Shown piece after piece: positions 26,877 through 38,996 of a DNA stretch of 64,000 nt. Location of the stretch: NCBI GenBank assembly GCA_905178155.1, contig CAJINV010000003.1, forward strand, positions 9,741,979 through 9,805,978, written 5' to 3'. The notes beneath the pieces were generated by a model that saw only the letters and a program-made list of their open reading frames with translations, made no database searches and was not told the origin of the DNA. Position 1 is the first letter of the stretch, and every line of letters begins with the position of its first letter. A program made the position numbers and the translations under genes. Origin of the DNA: Amoebophrya sp. A120 (lineage: Eukaryota > Protista > Dinoflagellata).

Positions 26877-27028
26877 CTGCTTCGGAAGGAGGTCCAGAAA
26901 CTTTTCCTGCACTGCCCGAGAGGCAAGCCGAATCTCGTGGCTGTGATAGTCTTCGTTCAGCCGGTCGACCACCTGGAGACACACCCCATTGGGATAGTCG
27001 GACTTCAACAGATAGGGAAAATATCCGT
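26877..27028 (-). CDS. UBXN11: UBXN11-like exon 3 (SEP domain end)
   Basis: DGYFPYLLKSDYPNGVCLQVVDR...EKFLDLLPKQ, followed by a canonical CAG|GTAAGA donor at 26876. Confidence 0.85.
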
Positions 27029-27031
27029 CCA

Positions 27032-29362
27032 TATCGGGTGGAAAAGGAAGAGCCACCCCCGCCGCATATAGGGGTCCCGGGCGAATGTGGGCGCAACCTC
27101 TAAAGAAATGGCTCGCCTCACGGAGGTGCTCCTGCTCACTCGCACTAACGCAGGGCCGCGATAGCTACGCCCTGGCGGTCGGGCAGCGTGTCGAAGCTGC
27201 TCGCCCCTTGATCCAGTGCGGTGCGCCCGCGCTTCGCTATGCTCCCTATGCATCGCCGATTCCCGGGCCTCCACAAGAAGACTCGTCGAGCCTACCTGGC
27301 CACGGTACAGAGGCAAAGCCAAACGAAGCGCACAGAGATAAGACACGCGGGCGCGCTGCAAATTGGCAGCAATGGATGCCGCAAACGAAAAGGATGGCGG
27401 GCGGCCCCGAGCGTGGATGAACCGGGGCCGCCCAAATCTTTCGCGGGCGCCCTCACCTCGAAAGCGGCAAGCCACCGGGGCCACTGAGGCGGGCGCCCGC
27501 GCCGGGTGGCCATGGCATGAAAAACAACACGCGGGCCCCTTCGCCAATCAACGGCGAAGCGCGCGGGGCTTCTAGTTTTCCGCCCTGCGCCCGCGGCAGC
27601 TGTTGCTAAGTAAGAAAGGACGGAGGCAGGCGGCACGCTACGGAAGTGCTGCCGCGGGCGCCCGCGGCACTGGCCAGCGCTGAACACTGCTGGGCCCGCG
27701 GCGGCGCGTCTACCTCTAGCCGGCACCCCTCGGCCTACCTTCCTCCGGCTTCCGGCGGTCCGGTTTTTTGCTTTCAGGCTTCCGGCCTGGTGGCTTTCGG
27801 TTTTCCAGATTTCGCCGCGCCCCCGGCTTCCGGGCTTCGGTGCCCCGGCTTCCGGCTTTCTGGCTTTTTGCTTTCCGGACCGCTGCACGCTGGCTTTCGA
27901 CCGGCGCCCCGGTTTTCGGCCCGGTGTTCAGGTTGTCGCCCCTCATGCCTTCGGCCGGCCTTCAGATTTTCGGCGCCCAGCGCTTTTCGGCCCCCCAGGC
28001 TTCTTCTTGCGGCCTCCAGGTCTCCGGCGTTCAGGTTTTTACGCGCCGCGTTCAGGTTTCGGGCTTCCGGCATTCGCGCAGGCCTTCGGCCCCCGGCAAA
28101 GGTTTTCGGCTTTGGGGCCTCGCTCCAACCTTCATTCTCCGGCCTCCGCCTCGGCTCCAAGGTTTCGGGGTCTAGGCTTAGGCCCGCCGGCTTCCAAATC
28201 TACGGCGGCCGCTTTTACGTCGGCGCCCAGGATTCCTGCTTTGAGTTTCCCGGCAGCCACCTTCGCGCGCATGGGGCAAAATGGCACGGCCCGGGCAAGA
28301 AACTTGCTCCCCCACTGCTAATATTCAGGCGGGCCCCAGGTTGTGCGCCCGGAATCACAACCACAACACCGCCCAAGGGGGCCGCGCTGCGCCCTGGTGC
28401 TTTCCTTTTGTTGTCGCGGCGCCCTGGGCATCTGAGTGACACAGAGACGTGCTATACCAGTGGCGGGGCCTGGGTGGGGCCGCTCCCAGGAGATATTTTT
28501 CTGGCTACCCAAATGCCCATCGGCGTGAACGGTGGGGACGCGGGGGGCCAGCGCTGCCTTGAGTGACACAGGAGAGGGGGCGCGGAAAAGAGGGGGCGCG
28601 GGCACCCTCGGGGCCCGGCGGCGCGGCGCTTGCCCGTACTTGTGCGGGCGCGCGGGGCTACCCTTCTTTCATGCCATGGCACGCGCGGGCTGGCTGCTGC
28701 CAATCGCTTGAAGCGCAGTCGGGAACAAGAGGAGGAGGCGCGCGCGGGCAACCGCGCCGTCCCGGGCCCGGGCTGGCTTTGCCCCGGTGGCCTGCTGCTT
28801 GCACGGGGGCCGAGAACGGCAAAGACGGCTCCTGCCAGCCTGTGCGCCCCCAGGCTTTCGCGCACAACGCAAAAACCCGGCAGCTGGCTTCGATTTCTGG
28901 CGAACTCCTCTCCTTTTCTTGCTACCCAAGGCCAAGAAGCCCAGCGCGTCGCCTGCTCCCTCCCCACTTTGGAGTCGGCCGGCTTTTGTGGTGCGCCCTC
29001 CATTCGAATGTGGGCCAAGATGATAGATGCCCGCTCCGCGCGAGCTAGCTGCTTCCTTCCTGCTGGCCCCGTTTTGGCGCCCGTTTTTGGGCGCTCCAAA
29101 TTAGCCGCGCGCTAAAACCCAATGAAAGAAATGGAGACAGGTTGCTTTGCTGGCAACAGTTCAGCACCCACGCCGCCTAGACATGACAGGTTTTACCTCT
29201 CAGGGATGACAGCACCACGGACCGCTTAAACATTGCCGGCCGTTTTGTGCCCGGGTGCCAAAGAAGCCGCCGGGCCTGTTTGTCGCATCGGATCACGCGG
29301 CACAAGCCCCGCTTTGAGTTCCGCAATATCGGTCGGGGGTGCCTTGCGTTATCTCTCTGATA
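27032..29362 (-). mobile_element. Introner-like insert forming non-canonical UBXN11 intron 2
   Basis: TATC...GATA termini with a perfect 5-bp direct repeat TGGAC (29363-29367, 27027-27031); removal gives VLD|GYFP. Confidence 0.85.
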
Positions 29363-29364
29363 GT

Positions 29365-29401
29365 CCAGCACGTCACGCAAGACCCGCTGCGCCGTCGAGT
29401 T
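29365..29401 (-). CDS. UBXN11: UBXN11-like exon 2 (37-nt micro-exon, NSTAQRVLRDVL)
   Basis: Supplies the missing SEP segment between PFYKYE and DGYFP; in frame on both sides. Confidence 0.8.
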
Positions 29402-29404
29402 CTT

Positions 29405-31569
29405 TATCACACAGAACACAAACGCCCTACCTTGCTTTTTGATCGCGGCCCCATCTCATGGCCGACTGTCGCGCATCGTGTTGCACGTTTGAAGTTGCGC
29501 ACTACTGTTGCGCGCTGGGAGTTAACGGCCCGGGGCGCTCACCCGGCTCATACACTACGACCAGCGCGCGCGTTTTTGCGCGCGCTTTTGTTGGGGAACA
29601 CCACACCGCCAAAGGTTCAAAATGCTGCAGCTTTGCACAGCTAGCAAAATCCCAAACACAAACACAAACGGCAGGGCTTGAGCTCCCTCGCTCTGCCGAA
29701 CCTGGAAGGGGCAAAGGAAAGGGACCAAGCTCATCGGCTCCACTCTCTTCAGCATCATCATGGCCATAGGTCTAGCGCTAAGGCTCTGGATCTGAGTCAT
29801 TTGGATCAGAGTACTGGGCTGCGACGCTAAGGCATTGAAGTCGCTGAAGGGCCTGCAGGTCGTATCTCGTCGCCATTTTTAGCTAATGCAGACGCTGGCG
29901 CCCGTTATAGAATTGGCGCACAACCTGCCGCCCTGCGCCGAGCACTCGGCCGGCATGGATGCGTGGCAGGCCCACTGCCCCCTACTTTTTGACATTTCTG
30001 GCCGCGGGGGATTTGGGTGAGCTTGCGCGCGCGACCGAGTAGAAATACCGTGGCGGCGGCGGCGCGCGCAATGACAAGAAAACCGCTACCCTGCTCCGCC
30101 CCGCTCGTTCGGGCTGCGGGGCCAGCAGGAGAAACAGGCCGCGCCGCGATTTTTGGAGGGGCGGGCGCCGCCATGGTACTGCGGCGGCTGATTGCGCACG
30201 CCCCGGGGCTTGTCGGGTGCGTCAACTGGAAGAACGGAAATTGGATCCAGGTCGTGTTTTATCTCGGCAAACACCCCCCATGCCGTCGCCGCCAACCCCC
30301 ACCGAAGCCAAGCACTTCAGCCGCGGCCTCAAGCTGAAGCCGGTGCAAATGGGCAAGCCGAGGGAAAATGTACAGCCAATGTTGGCGAAGGTGGCGCCAG
30401 TCAGGGGCAACGCCAAGAAGAAGGGCGGCACGAAGGGAGCGGGCAATAGCGGGAAAAACGGAAACGAAGGCAAACGAAATGGCGCGACGCCTCTACTGAT
30501 GTCAATCTGCCAGCGCACGAATCTCACCCACACTCCATCCAGCCGCGCGACAAAGGCAACCAGCAAGCCAGACAGCCCTGCGCGTTTCTCCGTGGGAGCA
30601 CATGTTTGAAGAGTCTGCATACTGGGCCGGGGGACTGAAAGAAGCGCACGGGGTGAACGAGCCGCATAGCGGAGTAATGCAGCACACTCACGCGCTGCCT
30701 GGCACCACTCTAGCCAGGCGCGCAGGCTGCTTGACGCCTGCAGCCAAGAGCCGCGACAGGGCTTCTGCGTGGCTTACGTGCAACAAACGCACGGCAGACA
30801 GGCGGCACGCAGCAGCCTGCCGCATGCCGCACGCAGCCACCGCCGGAAGGCTACTTCTGATTGCACATATGCAACAGGCGTGCAAATCAAATCAAATCAA
30901 ACCCGCCGTCCGGTAGGAATGTGAACCACTTGCCCCCTCCTCTGAATCACTCCCCTATCCCTTTGAACCACCGCCCGATCTGGGTCACTACTTAGCATCT
31001 CACGCATCACCTCCCCACCTCCCCCAGTCGGAAATTGAGCGAGCTGGTACCGAAAGGGCCGGCGCGCTGAGTACCCGGCCTGGCCCGCCGGGTGGCTCCG
31101 GCTGGTTCTCCGGCACCGAAATCCTACCTGGCCTGGCATGCACCAAAACAAATCCTACCTGGCGACACGGTCCGGCTCGCCGCCTCTGGAACTCAGGCCG
31201 GAAGGGCACGCGCTGGGGCATATGAAGAAACTTCGGCAAGCCAGACGGACCTTCCAAACACGCCGCCCGGCTGAAGTTATCGGGCGTAGCGGTGCGGCCG
31301 GGCCTGGCAGTTCCGGCGGATCACGGCGCGGCAGGCTTGCCCCGTCGGGCGAGACCTCATTTCCTTGTCGTTTTCATTTTCTGGAGAGCCTGCCTCGTCG
31401 CTTTATTCCTCAGCATTTTGCTTCTTACTTTGTAGTTTGTGATCTAGCGGAATAGTTGAACTTTTCTACACATCTTCACAGGCCTGGCGTACGCGGATAG
31501 TAGTTATGCTTTGCAAGCAATGATGTGGAATATTGTAAAGCTGGTATGGATGTGCCATTCTGTGTGATA
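29405..31569 (-). mobile_element. Introner-like insert forming non-canonical UBXN11 intron 1 (intron about 29402-31571)
   Basis: Perfect 12-bp terminal inverted repeat TATCACACAGAA at 29405-29416 and 31558-31569; flanking 5-mers GAGCG and AAGAA. Nearby GT-AG or GC-AG choices give the wrong frame. Confidence 0.85.
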
Positions 31570-31571
31570 CG

Positions 31572-33674
31572 CTCATACTTGTAAAAAGGGTGACCCTCTA
31601 GCCGCAGCCCGTCTTGAAAAAAAATGAGCTGCGCCAGCCTTTCGGACTCGAACTGGTGTAGCCTGGTGCCGCCCTGCGGTCCTACCTGAACAATTTTGGC
31701 CTCCCTCTCCACGAGACCGCTCAACTCCGTGACTTTGCGCTGGATCAGCCCGATATCTACGGTCGGCGCCACTGTCCGTGCGTCTGTTTCGTCTTGTCTA
31801 CGAGAGGGACTAGAGCTAACCGCCGGCGCTTCTCTTCCTCGCTCAGGTGGCCGACCCGGCATGGCGTTGACCGAAGGAGAGACCTTTAGCGCCTTGCCCT
31901 CTGCTTCTTGCGATCTTTCAGTTTCAGGGACCGTTGCTATTGTCGGGGACGTGTTCGAGGCCTCCTGTAGTCGAGATCTCTGCTCCGCGGGAAGCGGTGG
32001 CGCGGCCATGACCTTGGCTCTTATGCTCTTACCGACGCGATGGTGAGCCTCCTCTTCCAACACGCATCTATCGACGCCGTCCTCTGGAGAGCCTCCAACC
32101 CAGGTGAGGCCGTAGTCGGCCAAGAACCGTTTGATATCCTGGAGCTCTTTGCGCAACTCGGCATTTTCGGACACGACCTCGTAGAGCGAGACGAAGTTGT
32201 CTATTTGTGCAAGCGGTTCGTTCGCTTTTTGCAGCTGCATCCGCACTGCCCGCCTTTCGTGAGCGCTATGAGACGGGTCGGCTTGAGTTGTTTGTAGTCG
32301 CTGAGCAATCGAGGTCGCGCCGAGCGAAGATCCCCTTGGCGCAGCCTCCGGACGAACTGAGCTGGAACTATGAACACTGGGGGCGAGGCGTTCAAGAAGC
32401 AGCTTGTCGCTACTTGTACTTTTTGGGCTAGGCACAGGAGCAAAATGAACCGATGCGGGTCCGCCGGCGAAGGCTACAGCGGCGGTGCGATCCAATACTT
32501 TAGGACTTGCGTATACTGCATTTGGATGGGACGACGACGACACCCGCGGTAGTGCGGTGCAATGACGCGGCTCCGCGAATGAACCTCCTTGGTGCTGAGC
32601 GCGAGTAGCGTACGCCATCGGGATGCGCTGCCAGAGTTCCTCCTTCTCCAGTGCGGGGCTTCGCTCCGATCCGAGCCGACTGCAGAGGTCCCCTGATGAT
32701 GCTCTCGGAGGCAGATTTCCCTCGCCTGGGTCCGGCCCCCTCTCGCTGGTCCTTGTTGACGCACGCACCGACGAGGCCTGTCGCAGCGCGAATCTTGGCG
32801 ACGTTTTCCACGAAGAGAGTACTGTAGGACTGCTGACGCCGACAGCCGCAGTGGAGGTCCCAGCGCCGGCGGTGCTTCTGCTTTTCTTGTAATCTGTTCG
32901 AATAAAAATTTCAAAGCCTGACGCGCTATCGGTGGTTAAGCTTTCCTCGTCCTCGCGATGAATGTGAAGATTTGGGGCTCCCTGTCCCTCGTCTAAAGCA
33001 CCTGCTATGGAGAGTTCTGGTAGTTGTTTCGTGGCGAAGCTCTTTTCAGCGCTATGGAGGCCAGCAGCCGCGTCCGTCGCAGTCCGAAGTGGCAATCGAG
33101 AGTGCAGAAGACTGACGCGACCCGCGATGTTCACTTGATTCTTCACGGCAAGATTCGTGCTAAAAGGTATGGCTCTCTCGAGCAGCGGTCGGGTAACCTG
33201 TTCGCGGCCCCCGAGCACACAGCTATCCACAACGCTTGCGAGCGCCCGCAGCTGCGAGCTCGTATTGGAGCAGCCATCTGCGAGGCGCGGCTTCGGGACG
33301 TCCTCGGGAGATGGGACACATCCAGATGAAGAAGGAAAGGACGCAGTATCGTGGAGTAGTGGCACCCGAGCGCCTCTTGGCGCTGGTGACAAGGAACTCA
33401 TCGCGGACAAAGTGGCTTTCTCTCGAGTTGAGCCGTGCGGCGAAAGCGCGCGATCACGGGACAGAATACAGTGAGACGGTTGGTCGATGTGGTCGCGAGC
33501 CTGTTCGTTGCTATTTTTACTCAGTTTCTCCCGCCAGTGAGGACCCGCAGGTACATTTCGCTGTCCATTGACATTATCCCGCACGACACCAAGACAGACG
33601 CCTTGCAACAAACGCCCTTCATGTGAATTCGGGAAATAGTTGCTGCTCTCACCCGGACCGGCGACCGAGGACAT
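31572..33674 (-). CDS. UBXN11: UBXN11-like protein, exon 1 (701 codons; low-complexity N-terminus, coiled coil, start of SEP domain)
   Basis: Long ORF containing ELRKELQDIKRFLADYGLTWVG and LIFFQDGLRLEGHPFYKYE, which resemble the UBXN11 coiled-coil and SEP start. The ORF tail beyond 31572 is intron readthrough. Confidence 0.85.
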
Positions 33675-34946
33675 CTTATCTTCTCAAAAATTCGAACTCA
33701 CTCCTTTCCCCTCCGCACTGGCGCAACTTGTGAGAATCTGAGCCCACAGATAAGCCCCCTGTTGTCCAGCACGACAATTTGTTCAGTCAGTAGAGCTATA
33801 TACACTGCGCGGCCTTCTGTCAAGACACGCGAGAAAACTTGCGAGGTCTCTCGTGTAGCAGCGCGAATCCGTTTGAGGGCCCGACATTTCTCATATCAGC
33901 TGCCACGCTGTAGCCGATATGTCCCGAAGGACCGGATTCCGAATTTGTCAGGGGCTGATCCGTCGCCGGAATCTATGGGGGCGATCATCTCCTAGGCGGC
34001 GCCCTCATCCCAGTGTTAAAGCGAGGGCATGCGCATGGCAAACAATTTGGATAAACCTGTGACCGAGCTGGGGGGCATGCAAAATGTGCCCATAGCTGGG
34101 GGGCAACCAAAAATGGCCGAGCTGAGAAATGACCGCTCATAGCTGGGGGCAAGCAAAGAGTGACCGCCCATAGCTGGGGGGCAAGCATAATTTGTGACCG
34201 GGCTGGGGGGCATGCGAAAAACTATAGAGCTATAATGCGCCAGCCTTTGTCTATCACGAGGGGAAGACTGCTCGAACTCCCACGACGGAACGCGTGACCA
34301 GTGTGCGGGGCCGACTTTTCGCGCTGAGAAACCTCACGCGCACAGTTTGTGTGAGGCCCTAGTGACAAGGGCCAACCGGGAAGACCCGGAGATCAAACAA
34401 GAGCACAGCGGGACGCCCAGCAGCTAACAAACGCTATTGAACGCGCGGGGTTCAATCAATAGTAATATTGGACGCGCGGGGAAGCCCGGCAGCTGCCTCA
34501 GTCAATCAATAGACATAGAGCATATTGACGCGCGGCCGCGGGATTCGCTAAGATATTGCATGCGCGGGATTCGCTAAGTTGCGGCTTGTGTGACAAGGAG
34601 GCAGCCCGAGACAAGCCAAGGCCTGAAGGCTAAGCGCCCGGAGATGTGGACGAGGGAACACAGCTCGGATTCTTTATAAAGTGAGCGCCTCCACCCTGCC
34701 TGGCGCCCTCGCTCTTCCACGGTCCCGGAAAGAGAGACGACCTAAAGCTCAAGGCTGCTCGCATTCCAACCTCAAAATTTCGCCACCCGCCCGATCCCAC
34801 CCGCCCCACTCTGCACTCTCCCTGGTGCTTCATTGGTTTGCCAAGCTTTCTGCGAGCCAACGCCCCATGCCTGCGGGGTGGGGGGCTGTCATGCTAAAAT
34901 ATCAAAGCGCCGATCTTGCGCCAGCCTGCCTTGCGAGCGGCTAGAT

Positions 34947-35827
34947 ATGGGTACGGGTACGGGTGCGGTGTGGCGAGTAGCATAGCACCTAAAGCTTGTG
35001 CCAAGTATGACTACTTGTGCCCGACAGACTCGGGCGCTGCAGAGCAGACAACCCTCCACCAAAGCACTACACTAATAAGACTATTGCTTCCCGATGCTAT
35101 ACTACGCAGGGCGGGCCACAAAGAGTGGTCTTGTAATGAAATAAAAGTCGAACTAGCGCGCCAAGTCTGAACACAGACTCCTTTCCTACACCCTGTCTAT
35201 TGTATCACCTTCATATCACATACTATCTTCTTTTACTAAAACTTTTTCTTCTGTCAACTTCGTAGCGCTGCGTGTAGGTATAACCTTAAACCCGTCTACT
35301 TCTACGCGCGTGCTCCGTACCGACGGTCTTTCTACATGGCACCATAGACAGCTTCTTCTGCAAAAAAAATATTTTCACAAAAGCGCCGACTTTCCTGCTG
35401 TGCCAGGCGCTAACGCGCGGGCATGCATCACGACTAACACTATTGCACCCCGCCACTTGCCGTCGGTATCCACCAATACAAACTCATACAAAGCCGGTCG
35501 GGGCCTAAAGCTACGGATCCCCCACACGACAAATAGCCCCGCCGGGTGTATAAGCCGTATGGTATGGCATGGGCGTGCGTGGCGAGTAGCATAGCACCTA
35601 AACTTTGTGCCACGTATGGCTACTTGTACCCGACTCCGGTGCTGCTAGGCAGTCTTACCCCTTGCCAAAGCACTACACTGCTAAAGCTTTTACTTCCCGG
35701 TGCCTGGTGTGGGCACTACGGGCCACCGTAGTGGTGGTCTTGTAACCAAGCAAACGCTTTTATAGTGCGCCAAGCCTGATCACAGACTTATTACCCTAAA
35801 TCCCGTCTAGTATATCATCCTCATATC
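34947..35827. repeat. Diverged direct repeat of about 230-270 bp (34947-35217 and 35558-35827)
   Basis: Shared blocks GTGGCGAGTAGCATAGCACCTAAA, CCAAAGCACTACACT, GTGGTCTTGTAA and GCGCCAAG.CTGA.CACAGACT. Confidence 0.9.
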
Positions 35828-36424
35828 CGTAGAAGCAAGAGGCCAGCTTTTTTCGTGCAAAGGTGACCGCTTTTGGCTTCTCCCGAGAGAGATCCGGAAG
35901 AAGAAAAAAAGCCCGCCGAAAGAGAGCCATCGCAAAGCAAAGGGAAAGAGCTTGCCTCTGTACCCCATCCACAGACCTTCAGAAGACTCGCAGAACACCA
36001 GCAGAGGGCCCCAGCCTCCCGCGGGTCACTAAAAAAGACAACTATTCTGAAACACGACCAGACTTCGCGTCAGTTTATTCCTTGCGTGGTCCATTTTACA
36101 TCCTCGTGACGCCTTTTCTACTGCTCGAAAGATTCCTCTGAACAAGGTTGACCGTCTGGGGAGGTTCGTAGATTTTTCCCCTATTGGCCTTCGCGCGCAA
36201 GTTTAGCGATGTAGTTTACTAGACGTCCTACCGACGGCGACCTGGTCGGTCCTGGACGCTCGCCGGCGTAATAGTCTAGCACTCATACAAGGGAAGCGCT
36301 GCCTGCCATTTAGTGAATGTGAGAAGAACAAGGCGATTAAGACATTTGAATTTAATCCAAGCACTGGACAGAATCAATTAGTTGCTCCGCGTGGAGTGTG
36401 TGAACTGCTGGAATGAATAGTTCA

Positions 36425-36448
36425 ATCATCATCATCATCATCATCATC
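36425..36448. repeat. (ATC)n microsatellite
   Basis: About 8 ATC units seen directly. Confidence 0.95.
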
Positions 36449-36639
36449 TATTCTGCGCGGGGTATCGCGCAGAGGGTTAAATATCGTGGGGCCTGTTCGC
36501 GTGTTCGGAGTTCGTTCTCGATGAGAGGTCTAGACATCAACTCGATGAGGGGTCTGGAATCGAACAAAACTAGAAAGCAAGCCTTGGAAATGGAATTGCT
36601 GGCTCGCAAGTGTTGGATGAATTTCACGCGCAATAGCAA

Positions 36640-37430
36640 TACGTCAGAGCCTCAATCTATCCCTTGCTAAGAGTAAGAGTGTGACGGCCAAACCATGACT
36701 CCGCAATTTAAAGCCAAAAAGTAAAAACAAAAAACAAAAGCTCAGAAGGAAAAGCTAAAAGCTAAAAAGTAAAAGCTAAAAAATGAAAATTGCAAGAAAG
36801 AGAAAAGCAAAGCGTGCAGCAGAACGCCAGCGGCAGAATTTGAAAAACTTAAACTTTTGAATTGCTCAAGCAACAGCAAAAGCAGGCAAGGCGGTGCAAG
36901 CTGGATAAAGAAAGCGTGTACGGCGCTGGCAGAAAATGCGACGCCTCAGGTTCAAAATCTTCAACAGCTGGCGCCCCAACCCGAGGCTCGACCAGCTGCT
37001 CGCCATCGGTTCGCTATATAGCGAACTGATGGCGGGCGCCCCACCCCGAGGTCCGACCCGGTCCCCGGGCACCTCAGCCCGAGGCTCGACCAGCTGCCCG
37101 CCATCAGCTTGTGCTATACCGAACTGATGGCGGGCACTCCACCCCGAGGTCCGACCAGGTCCCCGCCATCAGTTCGCTATATACCGAACTGATGGCGGGC
37201 ACTCCAACCCGAAGTCCGACCTGGCAGAAAGAACGAGATCAACTGAAACAGAGCAAGAGTTTTCGAAGTCCTGTTCTGGTTTTTTTTTTTGTTTTTCGAT
37301 CTAGCGGAATAACTTAATTTTTTTTCACACTTCTACAGGCGAAGCACACATTGCTAGTTTTTTTGCATTGTTAGAGTCGTGTCTATCATCACCATGCCCC
37401 TCCCTCGCTCTTTTGCCAGTCTGTCATGTA
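36640..37430 (-). mobile_element. Member of the same family as UBXN11 intron 1; probable glycosyltransferase intron 2
   Basis: Starts TACATGACAGACTGGCA (compare TATCACACAGAATGGCA); shares the CTAGCGGAATA...ACAGGC block with 31444-31483 and 52419-52460, and the TCTATCCCTTGCTAAGA block with 50923. Confidence 0.6.
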
Positions 37431-37432
37431 GC

Positions 37433-38993
37433 GAGCCCATCCGAAGACGAAAAGTCGCAACAGAAACACGTCAGTGAGAGCAACGGCCTCGGGTGTGTCA
37501 TAGGGTCCACGCAGCGGCGAGGCGCCCGGCGGCGGCTCCGAGAAGAGCGCCAGCTTTTCCGGGATGTTCAAGCGGCCCGGGGTTGCCTCAGGTACGCGGA
37601 GACAGAAGTCGTTCTGGTCCTGCTTCGACATGTACTTGCCGGACTCCAAAGCGTAGCCGCCCTGGTTTGCAAATTCTGTATAGAGAGCCTCGGAGTCCGC
37701 CAGGCTCGTATGTTTCTGCGCAACGCCGGCGGTCCACTTGAAGTGGAAGAGCACGACAAGAGTGGGGTGCGGCCGCACAAAAAAGACGCGAGGCCGGAGT
37801 TCGTTGGCTGGATGATCGGCAAAATTTTGCATCCACAAAGGAATGGTGCCGTCTCTTTCCGGATCTGGGTTAGTAAGTGCGTGCACGTCGCGCGAACCCT
37901 TCACCCAATGCGGCTGCTGTCCTAGTGTCGCGTGTCCTTGTACACCCTGGCTTCTGCGCTTTTCGTTGTGCATCTCGTCCTCCAGCAACTCGCGGGCAAA
38001 AAACTCGTCCTCCTCTTCGTAGTTCTGCAGGACAGCAGGAGCAGTTGACGTGTGTGTAGAGTGTCCTTTTTGTTGTGCTCTCCTGATCCCTTCCACGCTC
38101 CTCTCGTGTACACGCGCTTCACTCGAACGCTGCTGCTGGCTCTCGTCATAGAAGTCCGAGTTGTAAACGACCGGGTTGTCCGGTGTCGGCAGCAGCTGGA
38201 ACACCTCGTCTCCCAAATGTGCCTTCATCTTTTGGAAATCGCGGTCACTGCCGCCGGACTCGACGTACTGCAGTTCCTGCAACAGGTTCCGTGCGTGCCG
38301 ATGTGCCGGCCAGTGATCTTCCCAGTCGTCTACAACCTCGTCTACCTCCGCGTCCACGAGTCGTTCCTTGAGTTCTTCTTCTCTACTCGTCGCTTCGTGT
38401 ATAACTCCGGTAGAAAAAGACGACGAGCCAGCTTCTACTGTTGCGTTTTTGGTTCCACTCGACGACTCTACTATTTTTTTTCGTGCAACTTTTATTCTTG
38501 CTGTCTTCGCCTCTTTGCGTTTTTCGTACCCCACCCGCGGGAGTAAGATATTATGGGACCCGTGCACTTGGAGCTCCGGAAAAACCACGTAGTTCAGTTT
38601 CTCCTTGGAGAATGGTGCAACGCGGGGCGGATGTGTTGGACTGGTCATGGTGCTCCTGCTCTTGCTCCTCGTTATATTGTTCGGCTTAGCCAAGTCCACC
38701 TCAAACTGCCATGTCGCCGGCGGCAGATGGGGCAGGAAGTCTTCAGAGGTTTTGTCTAGGTTCACGCGCTTCGCCCACAGTTCCGGCAGATGCGCCAATG
38801 TCGGAAAGCCGCCAGCGAACACCCGCGCAAACACGTCGTGGCCCGCGGACCGTAGATGGCCGCGGAATAAAATCACCTTGAGCGGGTCCGCGTCCATTGT
38901 TAGTAATTGTAAGGCACAGTTAAGCGGAAATTGCTCCCAGAGTGACGGCCGCAGCAGCTTGGTGGCGGAACACGAGACCGGAAGCGTTGGCGC
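37433..38993 (-). CDS. Glycosyltransferase exon 2
   Basis: PSLWEQFPLNC...ADPLKVILFRG...LFHFKWTAGV continues the domain in frame with exon 1 once the 3-kb intron is removed. A possible last exon lies at 36530-36636; the alternative is a stop at 37389. Confidence 0.7.
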
Positions 38994-38996
38994 GAC

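Noticed and set aside
31572-33674. Host genetic code with reassigned stop codons
   Set aside because: Long exons (701, about 520 and about 378 codons) contain no in-frame TAA, TAG or TGA, and genes end at ordinary stops.
35160-35180. Group I intron R-like CACAGACT and nearby U2-like AGTGTAGT motifs
   Set aside because: The other core elements are absent, and the CACAGACT motif is explained by a local hairpin.
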